Below are positions 18,153 through 27,601 of a stretch of DNA of 64,000 nt, in pieces. This DNA is from Candidatus Methanomethylophilaceae archaeon (GTDB taxonomy: Bacteria; Fibrobacterota; Fibrobacteria; Fibrobacterales; Fibrobacteraceae), in assembly GCA_963629575.1 (NCBI GenBank), contig CAVGIM010000003.1:6770-70769 (forward strand), given 5' to 3'. A program made the translations under genes and the position numbers. The number at the start of each line of letters is the position of its first letter. The first letter of the stretch is position 1. The notes below the pieces were generated by a model, which searched no databases, was not told the DNA's origin, and worked only from the letters and a program-made list of their open reading frames with translations.

Positions 18153-20105
18153 TCAGCGGACTTGTAGAGCCTTGCTGGCGCTGAATCCTTCGCCCTTGAC
18201 GCGGACGATGTAGTTCCCGCTTGGAATGCCGCGGAGGGAGAAGCTCTTTTCGCCTGCGGACGCCTGGCCGCGGAGGAGTGTCTTCACCTGGTGTCCCATG
18301 ACGTCAAGGAGCGAAATGTGCGCTTGGCCGGATTTTGGAAGCGCGACGAAGAGCATTTCGCCTTGAACCGACATCTGCAGGGAGCTTTGGGCAAAGGCCT
18401 TGGAGCGAATGTCCGCCGTTTTTCCCTTGCCGACGATTTCCGCAACCTCGACGTTCAGACCCTGTTCAACGGCGATTTTTTGCGTCGTATCGTCAAAGTC
18501 GTTGATTGTGGAACTTTCGGTCTTGACCGCGTCGAAGAAGATCGTTCCCGAATAGCCGACGCCCGAAATTTCGATATAGACCTTGGAAATGTTGCTCATG
18601 AAGGTCGCGTAGTCGGTTCCGGCGAGAACGTCGTCGTCCTTGGTTGTCGTGGAAAGATCGAAGGTGCACTGCGTGGAGTCGCCCGCGTTGACCCAGCAGC
18701 CATCGGGTTGCGCCCAGCCCCAATCCGTCGATTCGTTGCCGAGGAAGGCGACGGTAAACCAGATGCCGGAAAGCTTGTTCGCGTTATAGGCGTTGAGAGT
18801 GATGGTGCTTACGGTGGAAAGGTCGATGGCGCTTCCGCTCTGGATGACGACGTTTCCCCTGGCGGTGTCGCCCGCAGGCGGATTGAACTTGACGCGCAGC
18901 CAGGCATTTGTCGCGGTATCGCCCGGGAAAATCTCTTCGACGATGCGGGTCGTATCGATGTCGCCGAGCTTGTAGCCGACGTCACAGGATGCGACCGGCG
19001 TGTTCGAAAGCGTATAGCTGTCCCAGCCCGGCATTTTGTCGAGAGTCATCGTGCACGGGCTTTCGACGTTTGCCTTCCAGACGGCATCGACGGTCTGGTT
19101 CAGGAAGTTTCCGTTCCAGGTCTGGTACCACGGCATCCACCAGGACCAGCGGCTGTCGTTTTCGGCCATCACGGACAGGTCGGGAATCGGACCGTTTTCG
19201 GAAATGGCGAGGACGATGTCCTTTCCGAAGTTCGTCTCCAGTTCCGTGCGCGCGGAGAGGAACTTTGTCGAATAGTCGTAGGCTTCGTAAATGTCGAGGC
19301 TGATGATGTCGTAGTAGTTTTTGCCCGGGTTCCAGTCCGTGTCCTTTGCGTATTCTGGATTCCATACCCATACGAGGTTTTTCACGCCCTGGGCTTTCAT
19401 TTCGTCATAGACGAGCTGGTAGAGTGCCTTGAAGGCGGCTCCGCCGCGAAGTCCCCACCAGAACCATCCGCCGGAAGCTTCGTGCAGAGGACGGAAAACG
19501 GCTGCGACGCCTGCGCTCTGCAATTCGAGGAAGTAGGCGGCAATTTCGTCGATATCGCTTTTTAGCTGGGAATAGACCGTGGAAGAGGTGTTCCACGTGC
19601 AGGCTTCCGTGCAGCTCGGATCGGTAAAGCCCTGGGTAAAATCGTAAGTGGTGAAAGGATTTCCCGCACCGGCGGAGCTTTGTGTCGCATAGAAAGCGTC
19701 AACCTGGTCGCTCGGGTCTTTCCAGTGCCAGGTGAATGCGGGGATTCCTCCTTGACTCCAAAGGTCCTTGGCCGCCGCGATGATGTTTTGCGTGTAGGAC
19801 ATGTACCAGGAGTCGGATGCATTGACGCCCGTGGCAAAAAGGAAGTCAAATCCGACGAGGGCAGGATACTTTCCGATGCGGACATAGAAGGAATCGACGT
19901 CGGGCAATTTCTGGAATGTCGCCGTGTTCACTTCTCCGGTCTGGATGCCGGCGACAGTCCTTGCGTTGTAGTTCGTTGCGAGAAAATTGTAAAGCTTTTG
20001 GGCGGATTCGGTGGCTTCGCTCGTAACGGGGGAATAGTTTACCGCGGCGGAAATCGCTGCGCTTGCGACCCCGAGGACGGAGAGGGTTTTTGCAAAAAGG
20101 TTCAT
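18153..20105 (-). CDS. Secreted GH26 beta-mannanase with internal CBM-like module and C-terminal sorting-type module
   Basis: FTWHW, FRPLHEASGGWFWWG, LDIY, AISENG, WWMPWY; AGGAG RBS before ATG 20105. Confidence 0.92.
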   Translation of the reverse strand: MNLFAKTLSVLGVASAAISAAVNYSPVTSEATESAQKLYNFLATNYNARTVAGIQTGEVNTATFQKLPDVDSFYVRIGKYPALVGFDFLFATGVNASDSWYMSYTQNIIAAAKDLWSQGGIPAFTWHWKDPSDQVDAFYATQSSAGAGNPFTTYDFTQGFTDPSCTEACTWNTSSTVYSQLKSDIDEIAAYFLELQSAGVAAVFRPLHEASGGWFWWGLRGGAAFKALYQLVYDEMKAQGVKNLVWVWNPEYAKDTDWNPGKNYYDIISLDIYEAYDYSTKFLSARTELETNFGKDIVLAISENGPIPDLSVMAENDSRWSWWMPWYQTWNGNFLNQTVDAVWKANVESPCTMTLDKMPGWDSYTLSNTPVASCDVGYKLGDIDTTRIVEEIFPGDTATNAWLRVKFNPPAGDTARGNVVIQSGSAIDLSTVSTITLNAYNANKLSGIWFTVAFLGNESTDWGWAQPDGCWVNAGDSTQCTFDLSTTTKDDDVLAGTDYATFMSNISKVYIEISGVGYSGTIFFDAVKTESSTINDFDDTTQKIAVEQGLNVEVAEIVGKGKTADIRSKAFAQSSLQMSVQGEMLFVALPKSGQAHISLLDVMGHQVKTLLRGQASAGEKSFSLRGIPSGNYIVRVKGEGFSASKALQVR

Positions 20106-20317
20106 AAACACTCCTATGGATAGAGGAAAGATAAGAAAGTGCAGAAAACACGAGACCCCAAAACGGCAAAAAAGCGAACCAAAAGACGCGCAAAGCGAAA
20201 AGGGGAAGACTTGGAAAATCGTTTTGGAAAATCGGAAACGTCTCCCCCCCCCAAAAAAAAACGAGGAAAATTCTCGCGGAATTTCCCTCGAAAAGGTAAA
20301 GCGGTTTTAATGGGGTC

Positions 20318-21418
20318 TTAGACGTTGAAGAGGTAGTACATGATGTCGCCGTCCTGGACGACATATTCCTTGCCTTCGGTCCGGACGACGCCCGCTTCCT
20401 TTGCCGCGTTCCAGGAACCGTATTTGCGAAAATCGTCGAAGCCAAGCGTTTCGGCGCGGATGAAGCCTTTCTCGAAATCCGAGTGGATGACGCCCGCGCA
20501 CTGGGGAGCCTTGGAACCTGCCGTGAAAGTCCACGCGCGGCATTCCTTTTCGCCGGCAGTAAAGAATGTGTGAAGTCCGAGGATTCGGTAGCCTTCGCGG
20601 ACGACGGAATCGAGGCCCGATTCCTTCATGCCGAGTTCCTTGAGGAATTCCTCCTTGTCGGCGGGTTCCATCTTGGAAAGTTCTTCTTCGATTTTTCCGC
20701 TGATGACGACAACGGATGCGCCTTGCTTCTTGGCGAATTCTTCTAGCCGGGAAACATACGGGTTGCCTTTTCCCAAGTCTTCTTCGCGGATGTTCGCGCA
20801 ATAGAAAAGCGGTTTCGCGGTGAGAAGTGCCAGATCCTGTACGATTGCGTCGAGCGCGTCGCCGTTCTTTCCGATGAATTCCCGTGCGCTCTTTCCGGAT
20901 TCAAGACCCTTTTTCAGAATTTCGCAGGCTTCGGCGTTTTCCTTCGCCTTGGCGTTTCCTGTGCGGGCGGCCTTGCTTTCGTTGGCAAGTCGCTTTTCGA
21001 CGGAGTCCAGATCTTTCAGGATGAGTTCCGTTTCGATGATGTCGATGTCGCGGACCGGATCGACGGTGCCGAGTACATGCGTGATATCGTCGTCGTCAAA
21101 GCAACGGACGACTTCCATGATGGCATTGCATTCTCGAATGTGCGTGAGAAACTGGTTCCCGAGACCTTCTCCCTTGCTCGCTCCCTTGACAAGACCCGCG
21201 ATATCGACAAATTCCGTCACGGCGGGAACGATGGACTTGGGATGATAGACTTGGACCAGCTCGTTCAGACGGCCATCGGGTACGCTCACCATGCCGACGT
21301 TCGGTTCGATGGTGCAAAACGGATAGTTGGCGGCTTCTGCGCCTGCGTTGGTGATGGCGTTAAAGATCGTACTTTTGCCGACGTTCGGAAGACCGACGAT
21401 TCCGCACTTAAGACTCAT
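20318..21418 (-). CDS. ychF: Redox-regulated ATPase YchF (Obg family)
   Basis: GIVGLPNVGKST, ANYPFCTIEPN, DIAGLVKGASKGEGLGN, EGKEYVVQDGD; AAGGAG RBS before ATG 21418. Confidence 0.97.
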   Translation of the reverse strand: MSLKCGIVGLPNVGKSTIFNAITNAGAEAANYPFCTIEPNVGMVSVPDGRLNELVQVYHPKSIVPAVTEFVDIAGLVKGASKGEGLGNQFLTHIRECNAIMEVVRCFDDDDITHVLGTVDPVRDIDIIETELILKDLDSVEKRLANESKAARTGNAKAKENAEACEILKKGLESGKSAREFIGKNGDALDAIVQDLALLTAKPLFYCANIREEDLGKGNPYVSRLEEFAKKQGASVVVISGKIEEELSKMEPADKEEFLKELGMKESGLDSVVREGYRILGLHTFFTAGEKECRAWTFTAGSKAPQCAGVIHSDFEKGFIRAETLGFDDFRKYGSWNAAKEAGVVRTEGKEYVVQDGDIMYYLFNV

Positions 21419-21463
21419 GCTGAACTCCTTGCTAATCGCGCGCAAATTTAGCATTTTTGGAAT

Positions 21464-22300
21464 ATGAAGATTTTAAAAGCCTTGCATGTTGTCGCGTTCC
21501 TTTCGAGTTTTACGATTGTTTCCTGTGCCGGGAACCGTTCGACGGGAAATTCGATGGGAGATTCTTCGTGCGCGGAATGTGGCGAACAGGGCGAAATGGA
21601 ACTGGAAATTTTTGACGAAAGGGGATTCGCCGAACTGAATCCGGAGTTTCTGGAAATAGAAAAAAGTTCCGCCGCGATTGGAAGTTTTCCCGCGCTGCGA
21701 ATCGATGCGAAATGCCCTGACGAAAACAGGATTTGCCACAGTTTTAGCGAAGACGCCGTGGATTTCGATCTGGCGCACTATGAAGACTCCCTAATCGAAA
21801 AGCGTTTCCCGGGAATGCGCCACGAGCAGATGCTGGAAGGATTGTGGATTCCCGAGTCGGATTCTTCCTGGATTCGGGATGCGCTCCGGAAAATTCTCGG
21901 GTTGACGTTTGCGGACGGAAAGGCGCTTTCGGACGTTTCGCCTTGGGAGGCGCGAGCCGATTCCCTCACCGTGTATTCCGTTTTTGACAGGGAGGTCCCC
22001 GCACCTCTTCGCGAGGAGCTTTTCAACGTCTTTCGGCGCTATAACGTTCGATACTTGACATTGCCCGTGATAGTCGAGGTGAAAATCTTGCCGAAAATTG
22101 GCAAGAACGGTGGCTTTGCGTGGAAATCTCTGTGGATTCTGTGGGATGCCCGAATGGGAAAGCCCATGCTCTTGAGCTATCATGCGTTCAAGGCGAAGAC
22201 AAGGAGTCGCATTGCGCCCGAAAGGAACTGGGCGGCTCCCTTTGCGAAACATCTTGCAAGGGAACTGTTCCTAAATCCCGAAACCGTGGAAAACCACTAG
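21464..22300 (+). CDS. Hypothetical lipoprotein
   Basis: MKILK plus a hydrophobic stretch and IVSC lipobox; 278-aa ORF. Confidence 0.6.
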   Translation: MKILKALHVVAFLSSFTIVSCAGNRSTGNSMGDSSCAECGEQGEMELEIFDERGFAELNPEFLEIEKSSAAIGSFPALRIDAKCPDENRICHSFSEDAVDFDLAHYEDSLIEKRFPGMRHEQMLEGLWIPESDSSWIRDALRKILGLTFADGKALSDVSPWEARADSLTVYSVFDREVPAPLREELFNVFRRYNVRYLTLPVIVEVKILPKIGKNGGFAWKSLWILWDARMGKPMLLSYHAFKAKTRSRIAPERNWAAPFAKHLARELFLNPETVENH

Positions 22301-22307
22301 AAAGCCA

Positions 22308-23486
22308 CTAGGAAATGCCGTGTTCTTGGCTCTCGCCGCCGAGAACGAGAAGTCCTAGCATGTAGAGCATTCCGTCGTAGTATCGCCATGTCCCGGTGGG
22401 AATCGGCGTGGTCCAGAATCTCGCTAGAAAAGGGCGGGAAAGTTCGATGTCTTCGGAACTTGTCAGGTCGAGCGCCGCTGTCGCCGCCGCGTTCATCGCG
22501 ACAAGTCCCGGGGTGATAGACCTCGCTTCTTTGGGATAGGCGCTTCCATCGATTTGGTAATCGGCGAGGTTCGGGCGGTGCGCGCGAAAGAATCGGAGCC
22601 ATTTTCGGATGGAATCCCGTTCGAACGTTCTGGCCCTTTCGCGTTCGCTTTCGCAAACGCCGGGAACTTCCCAGTTGAAATCCATGGCGAGATTCAAGGC
22701 GACGCGCCACGCGTCGCCGCTAAAGCATTCGCTTGTCGGGAAAAATTCGGTATGCTTTGGGGAACCGTCGAATTCCGCATAGTCGGGGAAAAGCCCTGTC
22801 TCGGGATGGGAGGCGCGCGCAAGGAAGGCAAGGCTTTCGCGATAGACGCTTTCCCAGAAAGGGTCCTTGGTCTCCTTGGCGAACAATCGGTAGAACGCCA
22901 GCGTGTGATAGCTCGGATTTGTAAACTCGTTTCCCTTGACAGGAGAAAACCGGACAAGGAAATTCTTGGGATGGAACATCGACTGGAGCTTTTCCGAGGG
23001 CTTTCTGTAGGCCATCTGCCTGAGCAGGGCAATGGCTTCTCGCCTGTATTCCGGGCGATTGAACCGTCGGGCTGCGACGAGAAGAGCCGCTGCGAAGTAT
23101 TCTTCGCCATCGGGAGCGGCTCCGGGATCCATCTTGTAGAATTCGGTCGGGTTCTGGCGAATGCCGACTTGCCACGCGAAATACGGCGCAAAGTCCCCGC
23201 GCGAATTTCTTAAAAACTTTTTTGAAAAGTTCCAGAGCGACTGGAACAGCGGTTCGAGCCCAAGTTCCGCGGCGATGAACATTCCGTAGCTCATGCCTTC
23301 GCTGCGGATATCCGAATGCCCGATATCGACGATATGGCGGAACTGTCTATCGCCGAAGCAGATTCGCTCGTTTTCTACGTCGCCGTAAAAAAGGCTGTGC
23401 ATGCACGACTGGATTCTATCGCGGATTTCGGATTTTCTCTTGCCGATAATCCGGAACGGGCTTTTGAAATTTTTCGAAAAATTCAT
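22308..23486 (-). CDS. GH8 glycoside hydrolase, cytoplasmic, Rex/oligoxylanase-like
   Basis: DIRSEGMSYGM, YFAW, AAPDGEEYFA, TNPSYH, GLFPDYAEFDG, DAWRV, RYYDGMLY; no signal peptide. Confidence 0.88.
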   Translation of the reverse strand: MNFSKNFKSPFRIIGKRKSEIRDRIQSCMHSLFYGDVENERICFGDRQFRHIVDIGHSDIRSEGMSYGMFIAAELGLEPLFQSLWNFSKKFLRNSRGDFAPYFAWQVGIRQNPTEFYKMDPGAAPDGEEYFAAALLVAARRFNRPEYRREAIALLRQMAYRKPSEKLQSMFHPKNFLVRFSPVKGNEFTNPSYHTLAFYRLFAKETKDPFWESVYRESLAFLARASHPETGLFPDYAEFDGSPKHTEFFPTSECFSGDAWRVALNLAMDFNWEVPGVCESERERARTFERDSIRKWLRFFRAHRPNLADYQIDGSAYPKEARSITPGLVAMNAAATAALDLTSSEDIELSRPFLARFWTTPIPTGTWRYYDGMLYMLGLLVLGGESQEHGIS

Positions 23487-24145
23487 CGGATATATTCTTT
23501 CAATGATTCGAACAGGGAAGATCCGTTTTGAAAAAGTCGGGTCCGCATGCCGACAGCCGCGGCGCCTCGGATGTCCCGTTCGGGGTCGTCCCCGACAAAC
23601 AGGGTCGTTTCCGGTTTTGTTTCGAGCTTTTTTAGGGCGTGTTCGAAAATTCGGGGGTCGGGTTTCTTGGCGTGGACCTCGCCCGAGATGACCACGGCAT
23701 CGAGCATTTTCAGAAGTCCGTTTTGCCGCAACACTTTCCGCACGTGGGGCGCATGCTGGAAATTCGATACGATTCCAGTCTTGATGCCTTTTTCTTTCAG
23801 GAATCGCAGCAAGGCTTTCGTTTCCGGATGGATGTCGATAAATCCCTGCCAGCGGTTCATGGACGTGGCGGCGGTATGCCGTATCCAGTTGTCGTCCGGA
23901 GTCTTTCCATAAAGTCCCGCGAGATGCTTCAGCCGGGCTTCATATTCGGTGAATCGCTCGTTCCCGGCGACATGTTCCGAGAAAAAATGCTTGCAATTTT
24001 TCGCGACTTGGGCGATGGTCGTGGATACGCCGAGATCTTTCAGCGCATACGAGAGATCTTCATGCCAGATGGAAAACGCCTTGGACATGTTGCCGTATGT
24101 AAACAGGGTTCCGTATAGGTCAAAAAGGATGCCGGCGATTTCCAT
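23483..24145 (-). CDS. HAD family hydrolase
   Basis: FDLYGTL, IVSN, KKPDPRIF, VGDDPERDIRGA. Confidence 0.9.
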   Translation of the reverse strand: MEIAGILFDLYGTLFTYGNMSKAFSIWHEDLSYALKDLGVSTTIAQVAKNCKHFFSEHVAGNERFTEYEARLKHLAGLYGKTPDDNWIRHTAATSMNRWQGFIDIHPETKALLRFLKEKGIKTGIVSNFQHAPHVRKVLRQNGLLKMLDAVVISGEVHAKKPDPRIFEHALKKLETKPETTLFVGDDPERDIRGAAAVGMRTRLFQNGSSLFESLKEYIR

Positions 24146-24153
24146 TGGAATGT

Positions 24154-24456
24154 CTAGAGTTCGTAATCGATGACCGCGCGATCCGTCGAAACCTTGCCGA
24201 TGAACTGCTTGATTTCGACATGGGCGGGAAATTCCTGGTAGAAGTCAAGATCCTTTCGTGTGGCAAAGGCGGTAACGAGTCCGATATCCCAGGCGGCCGC
24301 GCTGCGGTTGAAATCGACTCCCGATTCGATGGCGAGAAGCCCGGGAACCTTGCCGTCGAGCGTCTTGAACATTTCGACGATTTTCTTGCCGTTTTCCGCC
24401 GCAGTGGCGCCTTCGGCTTCTTCTTTCAGTTTCCAGAGAACGATGTGCTTAATCAT
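24154..24456 (-). CDS. Dabb family stress-responsive A/B barrel protein
   Basis: MIKHIVLWKLK...YQEFPAH...IDYE; GGAG RBS; start overlaps the GT stop. Confidence 0.88.
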   Translation of the reverse strand: MIKHIVLWKLKEEAEGATAAENGKKIVEMFKTLDGKVPGLLAIESGVDFNRSAAAWDIGLVTAFATRKDLDFYQEFPAHVEIKQFIGKVSTDRAVIDYEL

Positions 24457-25648
24457 GGATAGCTCCTTTCGGGATTTTGCGGTATAGCGAAAGCTGCCGT
24501 TCGAAACAGCTTTGCCAGCTGAATTTTTTCGCATAGTCGATGGCGTTCCGCTTGAGGAGAGCCATGTCCATTTTCGAAATCCGGACGATTGAATCCGCGA
24601 GAGCTTGCGGAGTGCGCTCTTCGAGCAGCACTCCGGCGCCCGATGCGCGGAGATGTTCGGCGGCGGCGCCGGTCGATGCGGCGACAAGCGCATCGCCGCA
24701 AGCAAGACTCTCCAGAATGGAAAGTCCAAAGGTTTCCCAGCCGGAAAGCGCAAGCGACAGGTCCGCGCTCGCGTAACGCTTCGCCATTTCGCCCGTGCCG
24801 TCGATGAATCCTTCGTAGCGGATGTGCCTGTATTTTTCTGCCGCCTCCTTGACTTTCGGAAGATCCGGACCCGTTCCGGCGAAGAGAACCGCCGGTTCGC
24901 TGTCGAGCTTTTCGCAAAGGATCGGATAGGCGAGCAGGAAGAGTCGAAGCCCCTTTTCGTCACAGAAACGATGTGGAAAAAAGATGGTGAGACGGTTCGG
25001 ATCGCCAGCCTTTAGCGTCTTCACCAGGGCTTCGTCGCGCGCTTCCGGCCGAAAGGTTTGCAGGTCGACTCCCAGCGGAATCCATTCCAGCCGGTTTTTC
25101 GAAAAGCCGTTTTCTTCCATTCGCTTAAGGACTTCGTGCGAGCTCGCTTCGAGTTTCGCGTAATTCCGGAAGCTTGCCCGCGCATAGGCAAACGCCACGG
25201 ACTGTGCGATTTTCGCCACTCGGGAAAATCCCCACTTTTCGAGGAAGCGACGAACGTAGGTGACGGGAAAATCCGCATGCCAGAAAGCGGTAAGCGTCGA
25301 ATTTCCCGAAACTTTTTTCGCTGCCCTGGAAACCGCCTTGGGCAAGATATACGGGGATCCGACTTCGACGATATCCGGACGGTATTTCTCTAGATAGGGC
25401 CGAATGTCCCTTTGCTTCCACAAGAACCGGTATTCCCAGTTTCCTGGAAATCGAAACGCTTTTTTATGTTCGATAATCAGCGATTCGGAAATCTTTTCGG
25501 TGAAAGTCCTGGAATCGTTTTGGACAAAGACCAGGGTCGCGTCATTCCTTTCCCGGTAGAAATTCATGCGCTCCAGATGGTAACGCCTGACGCCGCCTCC
25601 CGAAGGACTCCAGAAGTTGTTGAAATCGACAATGACGAGGCGGCTCAT
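24449..25648 (-). CDS. Glycosyltransferase family 4 (GT-B)
   Basis: SPSGGGVRRY, IPLGVD, EKG, ETFGLSILESLACG. Confidence 0.9.
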   Translation of the reverse strand: MSRLVIVDFNNFWSPSGGGVRRYHLERMNFYRERNDATLVFVQNDSRTFTEKISESLIIEHKKAFRFPGNWEYRFLWKQRDIRPYLEKYRPDIVEVGSPYILPKAVSRAAKKVSGNSTLTAFWHADFPVTYVRRFLEKWGFSRVAKIAQSVAFAYARASFRNYAKLEASSHEVLKRMEENGFSKNRLEWIPLGVDLQTFRPEARDEALVKTLKAGDPNRLTIFFPHRFCDEKGLRLFLLAYPILCEKLDSEPAVLFAGTGPDLPKVKEAAEKYRHIRYEGFIDGTGEMAKRYASADLSLALSGWETFGLSILESLACGDALVAASTGAAAEHLRASGAGVLLEERTPQALADSIVRISKMDMALLKRNAIDYAKKFSWQSCFERQLSLYRKIPKGAIHD

Positions 25649-27540
25649 TTTTCTTTTTCTTTCATCCGGTAGGATTTGTCCGAGAAAAGAAGATTCGCTT
25701 CGTAGAGAGTTGAACCGGAGCCTTTTAGATTGACCGTGAGCCAGAGAGCCCCGTCTTCCTTGCGCTCGATCCAGAATGTCGCGTCCGCATCGCGCAGGTA
25801 AGGTCTCGGACCGATGATCTTGTCGCCGTCCTTGGCGCATGAACCGCTGATGAAAACGGGAATGTCCAGATCCTTGTAGAGATCGAGAGCCGCCGAGGAA
25901 CGCCGCTCGTTAAGGTCGGGAATGTCCGAGCGGTCCGAGATGCGAAGATGGTCTATCCCGTCGATGAAGAGAATCAGCTGCTGCTTTTCGGAAATCTCGT
26001 TTCGCAGTTCCTTGAGGAACGTGTTGAAATTGAACGTTTCCGTATCTTCCCAGATTTCGAGGCGTTCCGTCTTGACGTAGGAAAGAAGCGTCTGGGTTGC
26101 GTCGTGTACGGTCTGGTTTATGGAGTCGTCCTTGTTTTGCTTGCGAACATTCGCTTCGGAAATTCCGGCGAGCATGGCGACAAAGCGGTCGAATGCCTGA
26201 CGGCGCGGGCTGTCTAGCGCCACGTAGATGATTTTCGCTTCCGGATTTCCTTCGATAAGGTCTAGCGCAAAAGAGGAAAGCGCGTAGCTTTTAAAGCCGA
26301 ACGGTTCGGAAGAGAGAAAGTAGTAGCCGGGCAGAATGCCGTCTAGCGCATGGGAAAGGGTCGGGAAGTTGAAAAGACGATAGCCGACATCGGAGTCCGC
26401 TTCCCGGGTCATCGCCGTGGCAAAATTCTCGCGAATGTCCTGGAGCAACACGGATTTGCGATGCGTCCGCATGGTGTCTTCTTCGGTGTCCCGGATCTTT
26501 TCGAGAAGCGCGTCCGCTCCGTTTTTTCGGACAAGCGTGTCAACGGTTTCGCCGAGGGGCAGAATGATGGACTTGAAGCGCATGCCTTCGGATTCCGCCA
26601 GTTCAAGGCTTTTGCGAACGTGGAGCTCCTGGTTCCGCCTGTTCGGGTCCTTGCGGAGAATCAGCGTGATGCTTTCGGCCCCGCAGGCCTTGAGCTTGTA
26701 GAGATGGCTACGGCTAAAAGGCTGGTACATCGTGGAGACGACTCCTGGAATTCCGGCGAGATCGGCGGTCAGCGTGTCGAAAAGTCCTTCGACGACAATC
26801 GGATTTTCGATGTCCTGCTGGATGTTGAACGGAATGTCTAGCGGACCGGAGGCGTAAGAAATGTACGTGTCCTCGCTTGAACATGGGGTTCCCGCATTGT
26901 CGAGAATCCGTCCATAGACGGAATGAATGACTCCTTTGGAATTTCTGGCGGGGATGGTGAGTCGCGGTTCGTGAGAAATGTCCAGGTTGTCGAGGTAAAA
27001 GCTGACTTCGTGACGTTCTAGCCCGGAGAGCAGGCAGTAGCTGTAAAAAGGTTCCGGATCTCCGCTGTAATACCCGATGCCGTAGAGCTTTGCCTGTCCG
27101 AGGCTCCAACCTCGCGCCTTGAGAAATTCCGCCGTGGATTCGCTCTTGGTGGCGGCCCAGTGGCAGTAGCGGACAAAGCTTTCCAGAACGCGGACTTTTT
27201 CGCCTCCGATTTCCTTGTTCCTGTGATGTTCCGGGTCGCTGTTTTCGAATTCGCCAGAAACGCCCCAAAAGTCCAGCGCTTCCTTCCGTGCCGCGGTTTC
27301 GTCGAGACCGTTGAAGCGGGTCCGCATCAGAAACTCGATCAGGTCCCCGTCGCTGTCGCATTGCAGACAGCGGTAACGCCAATAGCCCAGCGTATCGTAA
27401 AAGAATAGCGAGGATTCTTCCGGCGCGTGAAATGGACATTGGGACATCAGGTTTCGCCCCCAGCGTCTCAGGGGAATGCCCAGACGACGCGGATGTGTCT
27501 TAACGCGTGAAAGATCGAGTTTCTCTTCTTCGACGAACAT
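25645..27540 (-). CDS. CHC2 zinc-finger / TOPRIM / DnaB-like fusion protein (primase-helicase-like, degenerate motifs)
   Basis: CPFH...CLQC zinc finger, FLKARG, IPARN...YGR, IVVEGLFD; C-terminal RecA/DnaB-like region (LDGILPG, IIYVALD, LFIDGI); GAGGTG RBS. Confidence 0.75.
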   Translation of the reverse strand: MFVEEEKLDLSRVKTHPRRLGIPLRRWGRNLMSQCPFHAPEESSLFFYDTLGYWRYRCLQCDSDGDLIEFLMRTRFNGLDETAARKEALDFWGVSGEFENSDPEHHRNKEIGGEKVRVLESFVRYCHWAATKSESTAEFLKARGWSLGQAKLYGIGYYSGDPEPFYSYCLLSGLERHEVSFYLDNLDISHEPRLTIPARNSKGVIHSVYGRILDNAGTPCSSEDTYISYASGPLDIPFNIQQDIENPIVVEGLFDTLTADLAGIPGVVSTMYQPFSRSHLYKLKACGAESITLILRKDPNRRNQELHVRKSLELAESEGMRFKSIILPLGETVDTLVRKNGADALLEKIRDTEEDTMRTHRKSVLLQDIRENFATAMTREADSDVGYRLFNFPTLSHALDGILPGYYFLSSEPFGFKSYALSSFALDLIEGNPEAKIIYVALDSPRRQAFDRFVAMLAGISEANVRKQNKDDSINQTVHDATQTLLSYVKTERLEIWEDTETFNFNTFLKELRNEISEKQQLILFIDGIDHLRISDRSDIPDLNERRSSAALDLYKDLDIPVFISGSCAKDGDKIIGPRPYLRDADATFWIERKEDGALWLTVNLKGSGSTLYEANLLFSDKSYRMKEKEK

Positions 27541-27601
27541 AGGTCACCTCTTTTTCAACAATAGAAATTTTTGGGAAATCCTTGCGGCGTCCGAAGTTTA
27601 T

